A program made the position numbers and the translations under genes. A DNA stretch of 64,000 nt from a virus. Numbering within the stretch: the stretch's first letter is position 1; each line of letters opens with the position of its first letter. The notes under the pieces were generated by a model. The model saw nothing but the letters and a program-made list of their open reading frames with translations, ran no database searches and was not told the origin of the DNA. This document shows, in pieces, positions 29,497-40,736 of this stretch. The stretch is taken from positions 12,637 through 76,636 of IMG/VR virus record IMGVR_UViG_3300022924_000018. One strand, written 5' to 3'.

Positions 29497-31453
29497 TTAC
29501 TCAATTATTACAGATACTTCTAAGTTCTTATTATGGTTTACCCATGTTGTAATGTCTTTACGCTTATTACCTACCTTGAACTTAGCAAGGAATATAATAT
29601 GTCGCTTAACTCCTAATTTATCAGCTATGTAGTTGATTTCTCCAATAGCATTGCTAACTGTTAATTTGTCGTCTTGATTTTTCATTGTTTTAGTTTTTTT
29701 ATAAGTTAGCTATTATTGTTTTAGCTATATCTCCATACCATATCATTACTCTTCCATACAAAGACATAGGAATACTATATCCTGTTTTATATTTTTTAGA
29801 ATCTGTAGTAGTAAATTTATATCTAATTTCTTCTAGTTCATCACCATCAGCTTGTATTTTAACTACATCATCAGCTAATAAATTCATATTACTTTTGAAT
29901 GGAACATAAAATTGTTTTTCTGTTCCATCTTTGTTTACTATATATAATGCCATTGTTTTTAAGTTTTTAAAATGTAAAAGCAGGGAAGCAAACAAACCCT
30001 GCTAAATCTAATCCTCTACGAAACGAATGCTTTTTACACTTATCCAAGTGGTGTTTTTATTTAAGCGATTTAAGCACGCTATAAGCCTCTGTTATTATTG
30101 GCAACTGTTTACCATTACCCGATAGCTTTCGTTCTTTCTCAACGGCTGTAATGACGTTTAAAAGGGTTTCTTTGAGTATGTTGTTTTGCTCAATTAGATT
30201 ATCTATAATTCTATGCGAAATATTATCTTTCTCGTCCATCTTTAAATGTATTTTTCAATTCAACATTATACTCTTTATTATTCACTAAGTACCAATTTAT
30301 AATTAGGTTCTTAATCCATTGTTCGTGTAGTGCGTATGGTTTCATATTAGCTATTTTTATTGAAAAAATCGCCGATAGTTATTTCGTTACCTTGTGTATA
30401 ATATCCTTTTCTTGTTTCCATAAAAATCTTTAACTGCTCTATTATTTCTACCTCTGTTTTTGGATTTATTTTTTGCCTTGACAAATACTCTTTAAATTCA
30501 TTTTTACATTCATAGCAGATGTAACCAACGCTATCTATGTAAGTCTCACACATTATTTGAGGACAATTTTCCCTATAACAACTCATTACTCCCATTATTT
30601 CCAAGTTTTAAAATCAGATAAACTCCATAACCCTAATAGAATACATATTAAACTCATAAAGCCTAATAGTAAAGCAAATCCACCTAATCCATCATAACAA
30701 TTTACTTTATATGCTAAAACAGATAATATGCAAGCAAGGATTGTAAAGAATGCACAACTTAAATAGTCGTCAGCGTTTAGTTTCTTCATGATGTAAATAT
30801 ATTTTCAAGTGTTAAATACCTTTCGCCCTCTAGGTCTTTCATATCGTTTCTAATGGTAATATCTCCCATTAATAACCGCCAGTATAACCTGTTGTATTTT
30901 AAGTCCTCTAATACTATTATGCGCTCGTCTAATGGTGTTGCTTTGCTCTCTGCAAGTATATCGCCATCTTTTATTGGTTGTCCTTTAGAGTTGTTCATAT
31001 CCTTGTTATTTTTAATTTGCTCCTCATGTATTCTATAAATAAAATCTCTTATGTAATAAGGCCAACCATTTCTTGTCCCCGCTGTACAATCTAAAAATAA
31101 ACCTGTTTTAGAGTTTATAACAGAGCTTTTTAATCCATTTAGATGAATACAATAAATCCTTTCTTGCTTATCATTTATAATCCCCAACCACCAGTTAAAC
31201 GGGAAATCCTTTCCTTTTAACTCCTTTAAATCAGAACGTTTGAAATCATTTTTCATATCACATTTAGTTTTCGTAATAACTGTTTAGCTGTAGCATTCAT
31301 TATAGCAAATTCAAAGGAATGAAATAAGACGCTGTAATCAACTGTTTCATACAAATCATGTATTTCATTGTCTAATTGATAAAAGTGTCTTAAAAGGGCT
31401 GAATTGCTTTCGGGATTGCTAACATGTTCCGTTGAGAATAGTTCTGTTTGCAT
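29497..31453 (-). other. Small hypothetical ORFs (29497-29685, 29699-29953, 30057-30239, 30347-30604 Cys-rich, 30595-30789 membrane, 30786-31256, 31253-31453)
   Basis: Co-oriented, packed. Confidence 0.55.
29976..30003 (-). terminator. Intrinsic terminator
   Basis: agcaggg/ccctgct stem, U tail on the minus strand. Confidence 0.55.
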
Positions 31454-31929
31454 TTCTTCGCTGTTTATTAGTGGTAAATTCTATTTTGATATGTTGATGA
31501 TACATTTAGGATGTTCTTTTATTGCTTCATTAAGTTGTGTTAAAACTTTCAAAGCAACTTCATAATTACCCCAACCATCTGTATCAATTATACATTCGTG
31601 ATTACCTACTTTTATGTAAGTAATATCGTTTATTGTTTTGTATTTATTTTTCATAACGTTTCTGCTTTTGCTTCATCAGTATAGGCACACACCTATAGAC
31701 GTTTATTTTATCAACCCTCGTGTCCTAGTCGGTTGTTTCTCGCTACATACCCATTACTTTATTATTCATGGTTTAGTTAACCGTTTCAAGTTAACAGCGT
31801 TTTGCATTTGATTCGAGTTGGTTTTATCCCTTATCTCTACAACTGTTTGGTAGTTAAACCCTCATTTACATATTAATGAGATATGCCAATCTTTATTTTA
31901 AAACGCAATATTGGGAATACGTTTGTTTT

Positions 31930-31991
31930 TGCCCTTGATAACAGATTCGAACTGTTTAGCCTATTATTTCAGCTAATGCCTTAATCAAGGG
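31930..31991 (-). ncRNA. D-armless tRNA-like mini-RNA
   Basis: CCCTTGAT/ATCAAGGG acceptor stacked on AACAG-TTCGAAT-CTGTT T-arm; TTAGC/GCTAA arm. Confidence 0.65.
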
Positions 31992-31997
31992 TTTTTA

Positions 31998-32414
31998 TTA
32001 TTTATTTTTATTGTACCATTTAATAAACCAAACAACGGCATTAAAACATGATTCTATTTTAGTTTTGTATCTAGTATCTAAATCTTTTAAATCCTTAATG
32101 CCTAAATCTATTTGAGAATACCAACCTAAAAACTCTACTCTATTGTCATATTCAGTATGTAAATACACTTGTTCGTCTTTTACATTGGTTGTTTCAATCT
32201 TTTCAACCACTGGCATTAACCAATTCCAATCAGAATTATATAAAAGTTCATCCTGACTATAGTGTTTTTGTGCGCTGACAACATTTTTTAAATCTCCATA
32301 GTCTTTATATTGTGCTTTACCTATTCCATAAGTATTTGAATGAACATTATATAAACCGCCCATAAATTCAGCTATAAGCTTATTGTTTTCTATTGTTGAT
32401 TGTTGAGTATTCAT
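31998..32414 (-). CDS. Phage protein of the N..IAEFMG / DWNWL family; related to 34829-35125
   Basis: ENNKLIAEFMG...YNSDWNWLMPVVEKIE. Confidence 0.65.
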   Translation of the reverse strand: MNTQQSTIENNKLIAEFMGGLYNVHSNTYGIGKAQYKDYGDLKNVVSAQKHYSQDELLYNSDWNWLMPVVEKIETTNVKDEQVYLHTEYDNRVEFLGWYSQIDLGIKDLKDLDTRYKTKIESCFNAVVWFIKWYNKNK

Positions 32415-33128
32415 GATATTTTAAACTTTAAATCCTATTTTCTTTTTTTTAATATATTTTCTTTTGTTTTCAAAGCCCATTGTAACGCCATAAAAGTATC
32501 ATCTTGTTTGCTACACCACGTATGACCGTATTTAATTTGAATAGCTCTTGCAAGATTATATTTATGCCTTTTAATTGCTAACCAAAATATATTTTCTGAT
32601 TTATCTCGCTTTGGCTTATTGTTGCCGTATTGTATTAGTTCATCAAGTAGATGAGGAAATGTTACTTTCATAATTTAGTTATGCTTTATACATTTAAAAC
32701 TTAAAAACAAACTATACCATTTTCGATAAAAATAAAACAGCGGGTATTTTTGATTACCACAAACACAACATTTAGCATTTGTAAAAGTCTTTGTTTTCAT
32801 TTGGGTATAAGATTTGTTCTTTATAAATTATAATCATTGCTTTATCGCCTTTCCATTTATCAACTATTTCATTACATGAGGTGTTGATAAAATCCAAACC
32901 GAAATACATCGCCAGAGACAAACCTCTTTGAAACATCCAATCATAATTTGTACATTTTGACTGAAAAGCGCCATTAACAAATAATTTGTATTGTGTTTGT
33001 GGAATTGTGGTTGGTTTTAACATGGTTATTTATTGTTTTAAGCTATTTATATTCGATTTAAGAGACTTTTATATATTGGTTGGTGTTTGGTAGGGTAAAT
33101 CTTTTAATGTGTTGTAGAGGGGGTTAAA

Positions 33129-33992
33129 TTAGCCGTTTATAATTTCTTGCAATTCATTTGCAAATTCATATATATCCGCATCTAATATGCTTTTAGCCTT
33201 ATTTAACGAATTAACGCATTCTTTGTGTATTCTTTCAGCCGTTCTACTATCGCTATCATAGCCTAACTCACTGCAAAATTCTTCAAACTCTTGTTCGCCT
33301 GCCATTGCATCTGATATGAAGCATTCGAAAGCACTTAATAAATCTTCGCCTTTAATTTCTGTGTTACCTTGATTGTAATCATTAGTTGAGCCATAGAAAT
33401 CAAAACCTGTTACGCTTTCATTCTCTGTGTTTTTAACTGTTATGTAGAAACGGTTATGTAAACCTCCATCTTTGGTATTTGGGAACGCTACACCCGAAGC
33501 GATTAGCTTAGATGATATGATAAGGTTCTTGTATTTAAACTCTGTAGTTTCGTAATCGTTGTATTGCGTTTTAACATAAACTTGAATTGCTTTTAATTCT
33601 AACTCGTTTAAGGTGTGTGCTTTCCAATCCCAACGAAAATGCCCTTTACCGTAATTAACCGCTTTGTTTTCGTCAGCATCCATTTTATCTCTATAATATT
33701 GCCCGCCATGACCTAAGCCTTGTATTTTGTTATCAGCAATGTTTTTAAGTAATACTGGCACGCTTAAAGGGTCACCAACACTAAATATGATATTATTTAG
33801 CTTTCTAATTAAAGCATTTAAGGCGGTTGTTTCTTTGTATTTATAGCTTTCAGTTTTCCAAATATCATTTGCAGTTTTATACAAAGGCACGGTTTCCCCT
33901 GATACCTGATTATAACATTTGATTATATTATTTGCCATGCTTAAAAAAGCATCTGATTGTTTTGTTGCAAAGAATTGTATTTCGTTATTCAT
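33129..33992 (-). CDS. Hypothetical early protein, possibly a two-domain fusion
   Basis: 287 aa; C-terminal FEEFCSELGYDSDSRTAERI resembles a recurrent phage domain. Confidence 0.6.
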   Translation of the reverse strand: MNNEIQFFATKQSDAFLSMANNIIKCYNQVSGETVPLYKTANDIWKTESYKYKETTALNALIRKLNNIIFSVGDPLSVPVLLKNIADNKIQGLGHGGQYYRDKMDADENKAVNYGKGHFRWDWKAHTLNELELKAIQVYVKTQYNDYETTEFKYKNLIISSKLIASGVAFPNTKDGGLHNRFYITVKNTENESVTGFDFYGSTNDYNQGNTEIKGEDLLSAFECFISDAMAGEQEFEEFCSELGYDSDSRTAERIHKECVNSLNKAKSILDADIYEFANELQEIING

Positions 33993-34644
33993 GATATTAG
34001 TGTTTTTAAAGCTATATAAGCCGTTTAAATTATTTAGTAGTGTTAGAGCCTAATTTATAAGCTTGTTGCATTAATGATAATATGTGACTCTCTGTAATTG
34101 GATAATCGAAGTCATAACCTGATTTTTTGAGTATATCAGCTAGTTTTCTGTTAAAGTTATCGACCTCTACAGGAATAACGTAGTACCTTATAAATTCCCC
34201 TCTATGTTTTGCGTTTTCTATGTCTTTGATTTTAGCTTTTTTAGCTTTATCCAAGAATTTAATATTTGTCCCCAGATAGTTGTATGCTTGTTGTTTTAAG
34301 CTTTGAGCATCCCAAACTTCCATTATAAAGAACGATTCTCCGAATGCGTCTGAATATCTGATTTTATATAATTGTTTCTTAGCTTCCATAATCTTATTTA
34401 TTTGATGGTGTTAAATATTTACGTGTTGGTTTACCTGCTTTAGTAAGCTTGCCAGTCTCAAAATAAAGCCTGCCTTTTTTATTAGCATATACTTTATATG
34501 TTTTACCGTTATAGATTGCTTTGTCTTTAGTTTCTACTTTATCCGCAGCATCTAAGTTGTAAACAGTTTGAGCAAATAAGCCCGATGCTGTTAAGCTAAT
34601 AAGCAAAATGATTGCTATTGCTGTAATGTAAAATGTTGTTCTTT

Positions 34645-34842
34645 TCATGGTGTTTTGGTATTTATTTCTAAGTAATCAAATAAATTCTCTCTCAAATTGT
34701 CAATAGATATAGTAGTCGACGAACTTATTCCGTAAGCGGGATGACCTAGATTTTGTGTTGCCTCTAATAATTTTTGTTCAGTTTCTTTTAAAACTTTAAG
34801 CACTTGCTGTTTTGTTGCTTTTTTTAGATTATCGCTTTTCAT
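34645..34842 (-). CDS. Small protein, paralog of 19436-19627
   Basis: High identity by eye. Confidence 0.7.
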   Translation of the reverse strand: MKSDNLKKATKQQVLKVLKETEQKLLEATQNLGHPAYGISSSTTISIDNLRENLFDYLEINTKTP

Positions 34843-35299
34843 TTTTAATTATTTTTAATATTATTTGATATGAACCTTTTAAGTCTTTGGAGTTAATAAG
34901 TTCATTTAGCTCTAAAATTAGATTATTTTGTTTTTTGCATAGAATTAATCTATCATATACTTTTTTTACCCAATTAATATCTTCATCAAACTTTAACCAT
35001 TCTATATAATCAAAAGGATTATTTATAAGACCTTTTAGAGAATCGGCACAATCATACCATCCCAAATCTGTCTTCGCCATTCCCATAAATTCAGCTATAC
35101 GTTTATTTTCTTTGCTATTATACATTTTAATGAGTTTTAAGACGTTTAAATATTAAATTAATACAATTAGTAGCCTATACTATTTAAGTTGCTTAGAGTG
35201 CCTTTAGAATAAGCCACACACAATGGCAATACAACAAATACAATAAGGAATAATACCGAGGCTATAATAACCTTTTGATTGTAATTAAGAGTTTTCATA

Positions 35300-35599
35300 T
35301 TATTGTTTATTAATTAAGTAAGAAGATTTAACAACAAATATATCTGTACTGTCAATGCTACTTTTAAGCGTTTGCAATTCTTTCAAATGCAGAGTGATCT
35401 CGCTATCATTCAAATTAACCATCACACTATCTCCAATCTTTACAGGAATACTAACAGACTCCCCTTCAATAACAGTAATAACTTTACCGTTAACAATTGA
35501 TGTAACATCGTAAACCCGTAGTTTAGACTCCTTACACGACTGTATAAGAACAGTAGTACAGAACATAGCACACACAGCGCCTAATAATAATTTTTTCAT
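35300..35599 (-). CDS. Small lipoprotein
   Basis: Hydrophobic N-terminus ending LIQS-C. Confidence 0.6.
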   Translation of the reverse strand: MKKLLLGAVCAMFCTTVLIQSCKESKLRVYDVTSIVNGKVITVIEGESVSIPVKIGDSVMVNLNDSEITLHLKELQTLKSSIDSTDIFVVKSSYLINKQ

Positions 35600-36342
35600 G
35601 TTGATATGATTAAGGATTGATTAAATGTTTTTATTAAATTTAGATGTTGAAAAGTCATAAAAATAATCATACTCTTTAACTAGTTTATCATATTCAGAGC
35701 CATAACAAAATTCTCCGTTATAAACCTTTTTACCATCGTCAGTAGAATTAAACATATAACCAATTGTTCCGCTTGCATTCATTCTGTAAATACCGCCACA
35801 AACTGATAATGCATCTTTTTTTAATGAAGTTTTCATAATTAATATATTTTATAAATGTTAAAAATCAAGTTATTAGAGTGTTGTATTATTGGTAGTCTCT
35901 AATGGGTAATGTTATTTATTCTCCTGATAAAACTATCAATACCTCAATCTCATCTAAATCGCCATTATCAAGGTTTAACTGAATACATTCCTTCATGTCC
36001 TGTAACGTCTCTTCAGCATCCTGACCTAAGCAATAAAACGAATGCATTCTAATACCCTCAATATCTTTCAATATAGAGATACAGCCATCTAATGATAATT
36101 TGTTAACGTCTTCGCTTAATGTAATTTGATTCGCCATGTTATTGATAATTAATGTGTTAGTGTATATTATTTAGTACAATCAGCCATTTTTACCTATTTT
36201 GTGCTGATTTGGTAATGCAATAGTACGAACAATATTTATAAATGCAATACTTTTATTTAAATATATTTAATAATATTTATAGACGTGCCTCTAAACACAT
36301 TTAAACACACTATTTATTTTTAATGTATATTATGTTGTTACA

Positions 36343-36720
36343 TTAGGTTATAGAACTAACCAAAGAAATTATACTACTTATAGCCTTATCAGTAGGTGCA
36401 AACAATTTACAGTTATTCCATCCGTTACCAATATACTCAATCATACCGTTGTTATACAATGTAGTCATCATGCTATATATCTTCTTATAATAACCATGAC
36501 TAAAACTATGATGCTTCAAAACCTGATTAACACTCATACCTCCACCAGTGTAATGATAATTAGTAACCAACAACACTAACACCTCAAAACTCTGATTAGT
36601 TAAATGGTTATCAGTTATAAACTTGTTCTGATTATATATATATGACGTGACAAACTTTAGGGTGACTTTAGTTACAGGGGGTTTATCCAATACTTTTAAG
36701 TCTTCAATCTCTGTTATCAT
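36343..36720 (-). CDS. Winged-helix (MarR-like) regulator
   Basis: LTNQSFEVLVLL...TTLYNNGMIEY...FAPTDKA; TAATTTTG 4 nt upstream of ATG. Confidence 0.55.
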   Translation of the reverse strand: MITEIEDLKVLDKPPVTKVTLKFVTSYIYNQNKFITDNHLTNQSFEVLVLLVTNYHYTGGGMSVNQVLKHHSFSHGYYKKIYSMMTTLYNNGMIEYIGNGWNNCKLFAPTDKAISSIISLVSSIT

Positions 36721-37335
36721 ACATCAAAATTAGTTAAATCAAATGTATTATAAAGACTTTTAAAACACTATAGTCATGACCTTTAATAATAACACCATTG
36801 ATAATTAGTTAATATCTTACATAGCTTTAAATTAGTTAGGCTTGCTATTGATATGATTAGTAGGTTAGTATAAGTAGATAGTGATTGATAATAATGAGAT
36901 TGAGAATGAAGGGCACCCCGTTGAGATAGATCGTGTTTTGATGAGGGAGGGAGGCGGGGCTTTATATAGGGGTTATATGAAGCTTATACCATTATGGGGG
37001 GGGGTATCTGATATAAAATGGTACTTATATATTCATTTGTGTGTAAAGATTTAATAAGTATTACTGCTTACTACTGATAAGGTAAGGGTTGGATTTAACC
37101 GTTAGCATATTTATATGCGGATACCTTGTTATACTCTTTATATATACGGTATTCTTATTATTTGTTTAGAGTATTGATTTAATTGGTTGGTTGTTATTTA
37201 AACTAAGAATATGCCTTTAAATAGTCTGTGCAGTATTTTACATGAAATGTGGATAAAAAGTATAGTTATTTGCGTAATTATGCATAAATATATTGTGCAG
37301 TGTGTTGCATAAAAGAATTAAAGTGCATACATTTG
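36721..37335. promoter_or_regulatory. Divergent non-coding control region with G tracts
   Basis: ~600 nt without ORFs where gene orientation switches; outward -7 elements at 36725-36732 (-) and 37328-37335 (+). Confidence 0.65.
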
Positions 37336-37338
37336 GAT

Positions 37339-37842
37339 ATGGCAAAAAGAAAAAAGAAACCTACAGAAGAAGAGCTTACGGATGAATTGATGGGGACTAA
37401 CCCATTTATGACAGATGCGTTAATAACGGTAAGCAAAAGAAGAACACCTAAAGATGTTGAGAATGGTGCTATTAATTACGAAGACAACTTAATTGAGATT
37501 ACGCCTTATACTAAAGTATTTGAGGTAACGGGAGGTAAAGAGAAGATGTTGGCATTGAGTCCTAGAGGAAAGGAGATGTATTTGTATTTGATACATTATG
37601 CGCCAAAGGCTAAAGATTATATGTGGATTAATAGGGTTCACTTTATGAAGAGCAATGATATTAAGTCTGTACACACGTTTTTAAACGCTTTAGGAGAGTT
37701 AAATGCTTCGGGCTATGTTCAGTCCAAGTTTAAGATGAAAGATGTTATATGGCTTAATCCGTTGTACTTCTTTAAAGGGAGCAGACTAAACAGATTTCCT
37801 GATAAACTAACAATTAAACCTTATAAGAAAAAAGATGAATAA
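37339..37842 (+). CDS. RepL-like winged-helix protein
   Basis: LSPRGKEMYLYLI...NALGELNASGYV...WLNPLYFFKGSR; start refined to the ATG at 37339. Confidence 0.65.
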   Translation: MAKRKKKPTEEELTDELMGTNPFMTDALITVSKRRTPKDVENGAINYEDNLIEITPYTKVFEVTGGKEKMLALSPRGKEMYLYLIHYAPKAKDYMWINRVHFMKSNDIKSVHTFLNALGELNASGYVQSKFKMKDVIWLNPLYFFKGSRLNRFPDKLTIKPYKKKDE

Positions 37843-40246
37843 ACTAACAGAGTACATGGTTCAAGAACCTAAAAGAAAAGGTGAATTTCTTTATAACAGA
37901 GCAATATTCATTTGGCATAATAACTACGAGCAAGATTTGAAAGTTCATTGGGGAATGAAATTAGATAAGTCAAAAGGGAAAATGGATAGCTATGGCGAGG
38001 TTAGAAGCAAAGGCAAGACTATGTTTCGTATCCGTCCAAAAAATGAAAATGAATGGATTAATTATTAATAATATGGCAATATTAAATTACACAACAAAAA
38101 TAGATAGCATAAAGACTATCGGGGAGATAACAAAATGCTTAGTTGAGCATGGCGCTAAAAAGATTGTATCAGATTATGACGATGATGGTGTTCCTATTCA
38201 GGTTACATTTCAAATAAGCATAAATGATAATATGGTTTTCTATGCTTTACCTGCAAATTACGGAGGAGTGCTTAAAGCTATGGATAAGAACAAAAAAGTT
38301 CCTCGTAGCATGGTTAATAAAGAGCAAGCAATTCGTGTATCATGGAGAATTATAAAAGACTGGGTTGAGGCACAAATGGCTATTGTAGAGGCACAGTTAG
38401 CTGATATGGCAGAAGTATTCTTGCCTTATGCGGTTACTAAAAATGGTAATACGCTTTACAACGAGATTAAGAACAACCCTAAACTGCTTTTGAATTAAAT
38501 AGAATAGTAATAAACAAATAAAAGAACATGAAACTTAAAGAATTTTTAGAACAGCTTGTGGAAGCAAACAGCCAAGTTAGACTTTGGTATAAGGTAGATG
38601 AAGGACATAAAATGATAGCAGAAAATGACCATGCTGTTATGGAACATGAAATCCTACGGTACAATACGGTATTGAGTGAATATCTAAATAATGAAGTTGA
38701 ACACATTTTTTCCGTTTTAATGTACAAATCACAAAGTCCCGAAGCAATAAATATTTCGATTAAACTTTAACCTTATCCAACCAATAGAACTAAACTATAA
38801 AGCAATATAAATTATGGAAAAGCAAGATTTTTACGAGTGGTTTAAAGAAATGTTAGATTATGCTAATAGCAAAGATTGGTATGTAGATACAGAAAACCCA
38901 AACGATTACAAGGACAGTTATGAACAAGGATTAACACCCGAAGAGACTATCGATGATGATATGTCTGATGCTTATGGAGATTTTGACGACTAAATAAATA
39001 GATATGGGATGGTTCAGTAATCCGAAATGCCCTCATTGTGGCACAGAAACAGTAGCAACAGGATATTCATTTCCTTACCCTCAATTGAGATGTAATAGAT
39101 GCTACAAGGAAAATACAAGACTTAAAGAATTAGAGGATAGGATTAAACAATTAGAAAAGAAATGATATGGAAATTAAAACAGCAGAAGATTTTTTAATCG
39201 AAATAGACAGACTTCATGGAGATGATACAGTACATGCTACCAAAGAAGAAATAATTGAAATAATGACTGATTTTGCAAAACAGTTTGTTGAGTTTGGGAT
39301 AGAGGACTTAAACAACCAATCTGAATATCAATCAGAGGCTTATTTAAAACACCTTAAATCCTTAATAAAATAGACTTAATCACTATAAAACACAAACAAC
39401 ATGAAAGAACCACAGAAAGGAATGCTACACATTGAGATAACAGATAGTGAGCAGATAGTAGAAATAGAATGCCATGTAAGTAAGAAACTGTTTGAGTTAT
39501 CAGCAGAGGACTTGGTAAGTGCAATATGCTTGTTTCAAGAGACTAGAAAGGAGTTAGAAGATGGAAATTAAAAGCATAAACGAACTAAAAGAATTATATG
39601 CAGATAGCAGAGGTTTTGACAGCTACAATGATTTTCTGAAAAATGCAGGATACCCTACGGATGAAAGTTGGGAGGCTATTTGCAAAGCTTATGCAGAACA
39701 GTTTATGGATTTGGCTATATCTGAAACAGATTATAAACATAATGAAAACGTAAGCACAATATCAATCAGAGAATTAGTAGAAATTAAAAACAAAATAAGA
39801 TGACAAGACTACTTTGCTATCTATTCGGACATAAATGGATAAGAGGAATGTATTATAACAGAGATTACTGCTCAAGATGTTGGAATACAAGGCATAATAA
39901 GCCTCTATAAGACCATAACTATTTAAAAACATACAATCTATCCAATAACAAAATAAACAGCTTAAAAACGAACTATATGAAATGGAAAGACGCTAGGTTA
40001 GAAGTGCCTGAAAAAGAAGAAGCTTGCATAGTATTAACAACAAAGTGTTGGAAAAGGTATCCCACTATAGAAACTGCATTTTACGGATATGATTCGTCTA
40101 CAGAAAAAATGTATTGGTATGGGTGTAAGTTTCATGACGCTATTGAACATGACCAAGATATGATTAGCGTTCAGTATTGGTGTTATGAGGATGAGTTTAT
40201 ATTTGAGAATTTTAAAGATGTAGAATTGCTAAATCCAATAAAATGA
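37835..40246 (+). other. Small hypothetical ORFs (37835-38068, 38528-38770, 39167-39373, 39561-39803, 39977-40246 and shorter ones)
   Basis: Co-oriented; 39167 and 39561 resemble 12996-13220. Confidence 0.55.
38073..38498 (+). CDS. Conserved phage protein of unknown function
   Basis: LNYTTKI...QAIRVSWRIIKDWVEAQMA...EVFLPY. Confidence 0.7.
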   Translation: MAILNYTTKIDSIKTIGEITKCLVEHGAKKIVSDYDDDGVPIQVTFQISINDNMVFYALPANYGGVLKAMDKNKKVPRSMVNKEQAIRVSWRIIKDWVEAQMAIVEAQLADMAEVFLPYAVTKNGNTLYNEIKNNPKLLLN

Positions 40247-40716
40247 AAAGAAAACAGCTTGCCCGCATTGACTTAAGCAACCCTGATAAACCAAAAATCA
40301 TATTTAACTCAACAAAGGCATTCAAAGAAGATTTAACTGCTTTTAAGGACGGGGCTAAAATTTGGGTGGAAGTGAGAACATACTCACCGCAGCGTAGCTT
40401 ATCGCAGAATAGCTATTTACACGTGATATTTGGCATTATAGCAGATGAGATAGGTATCGAGTTAGAAGAAGCTAAATGGCTGTTAAAAGAGAAGTTTTTA
40501 AGAGTGCCGCTAACAGATAAGCATGGCAACGAAGTACACGAAAAGGGAGATATACAATTTAGAGTAAAAGATACAAGTGAACTATCGAAAACAGATATGA
40601 TTAGCTTTATAGACCAAATTTACAGATGGAGTTTAGAATTTCTGAATGTGGATTTGCCAAAACCTTTAGAACAGCAAGAATTACCGATTAATAATTATCC
40701 GACAATAGAATTATAA
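40243..40716 (+). CDS. NinB-like recombination protein
   Basis: RSLSQNSYLH...LKEKFL...DTSELSKTDMISFIDQI. Confidence 0.75.
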   Translation: MKRKQLARIDLSNPDKPKIIFNSTKAFKEDLTAFKDGAKIWVEVRTYSPQRSLSQNSYLHVIFGIIADEIGIELEEAKWLLKEKFLRVPLTDKHGNEVHEKGDIQFRVKDTSELSKTDMISFIDQIYRWSLEFLNVDLPKPLEQQELPINNYPTIEL

Positions 40717-40736
40717 ACAATTTAAAAACAAGAAAA

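Larger units (their letters stand above)
32435..36137 (-). other. Probable early genes, hypothetical (32435-32671, 32772-33023, 34030-34389, 34394-34648 with signal peptide, 34829-35125, 35621-35836, 35916-36137)
   Basis: Co-oriented ORFs adjacent to the divergent control region. Confidence 0.55.
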
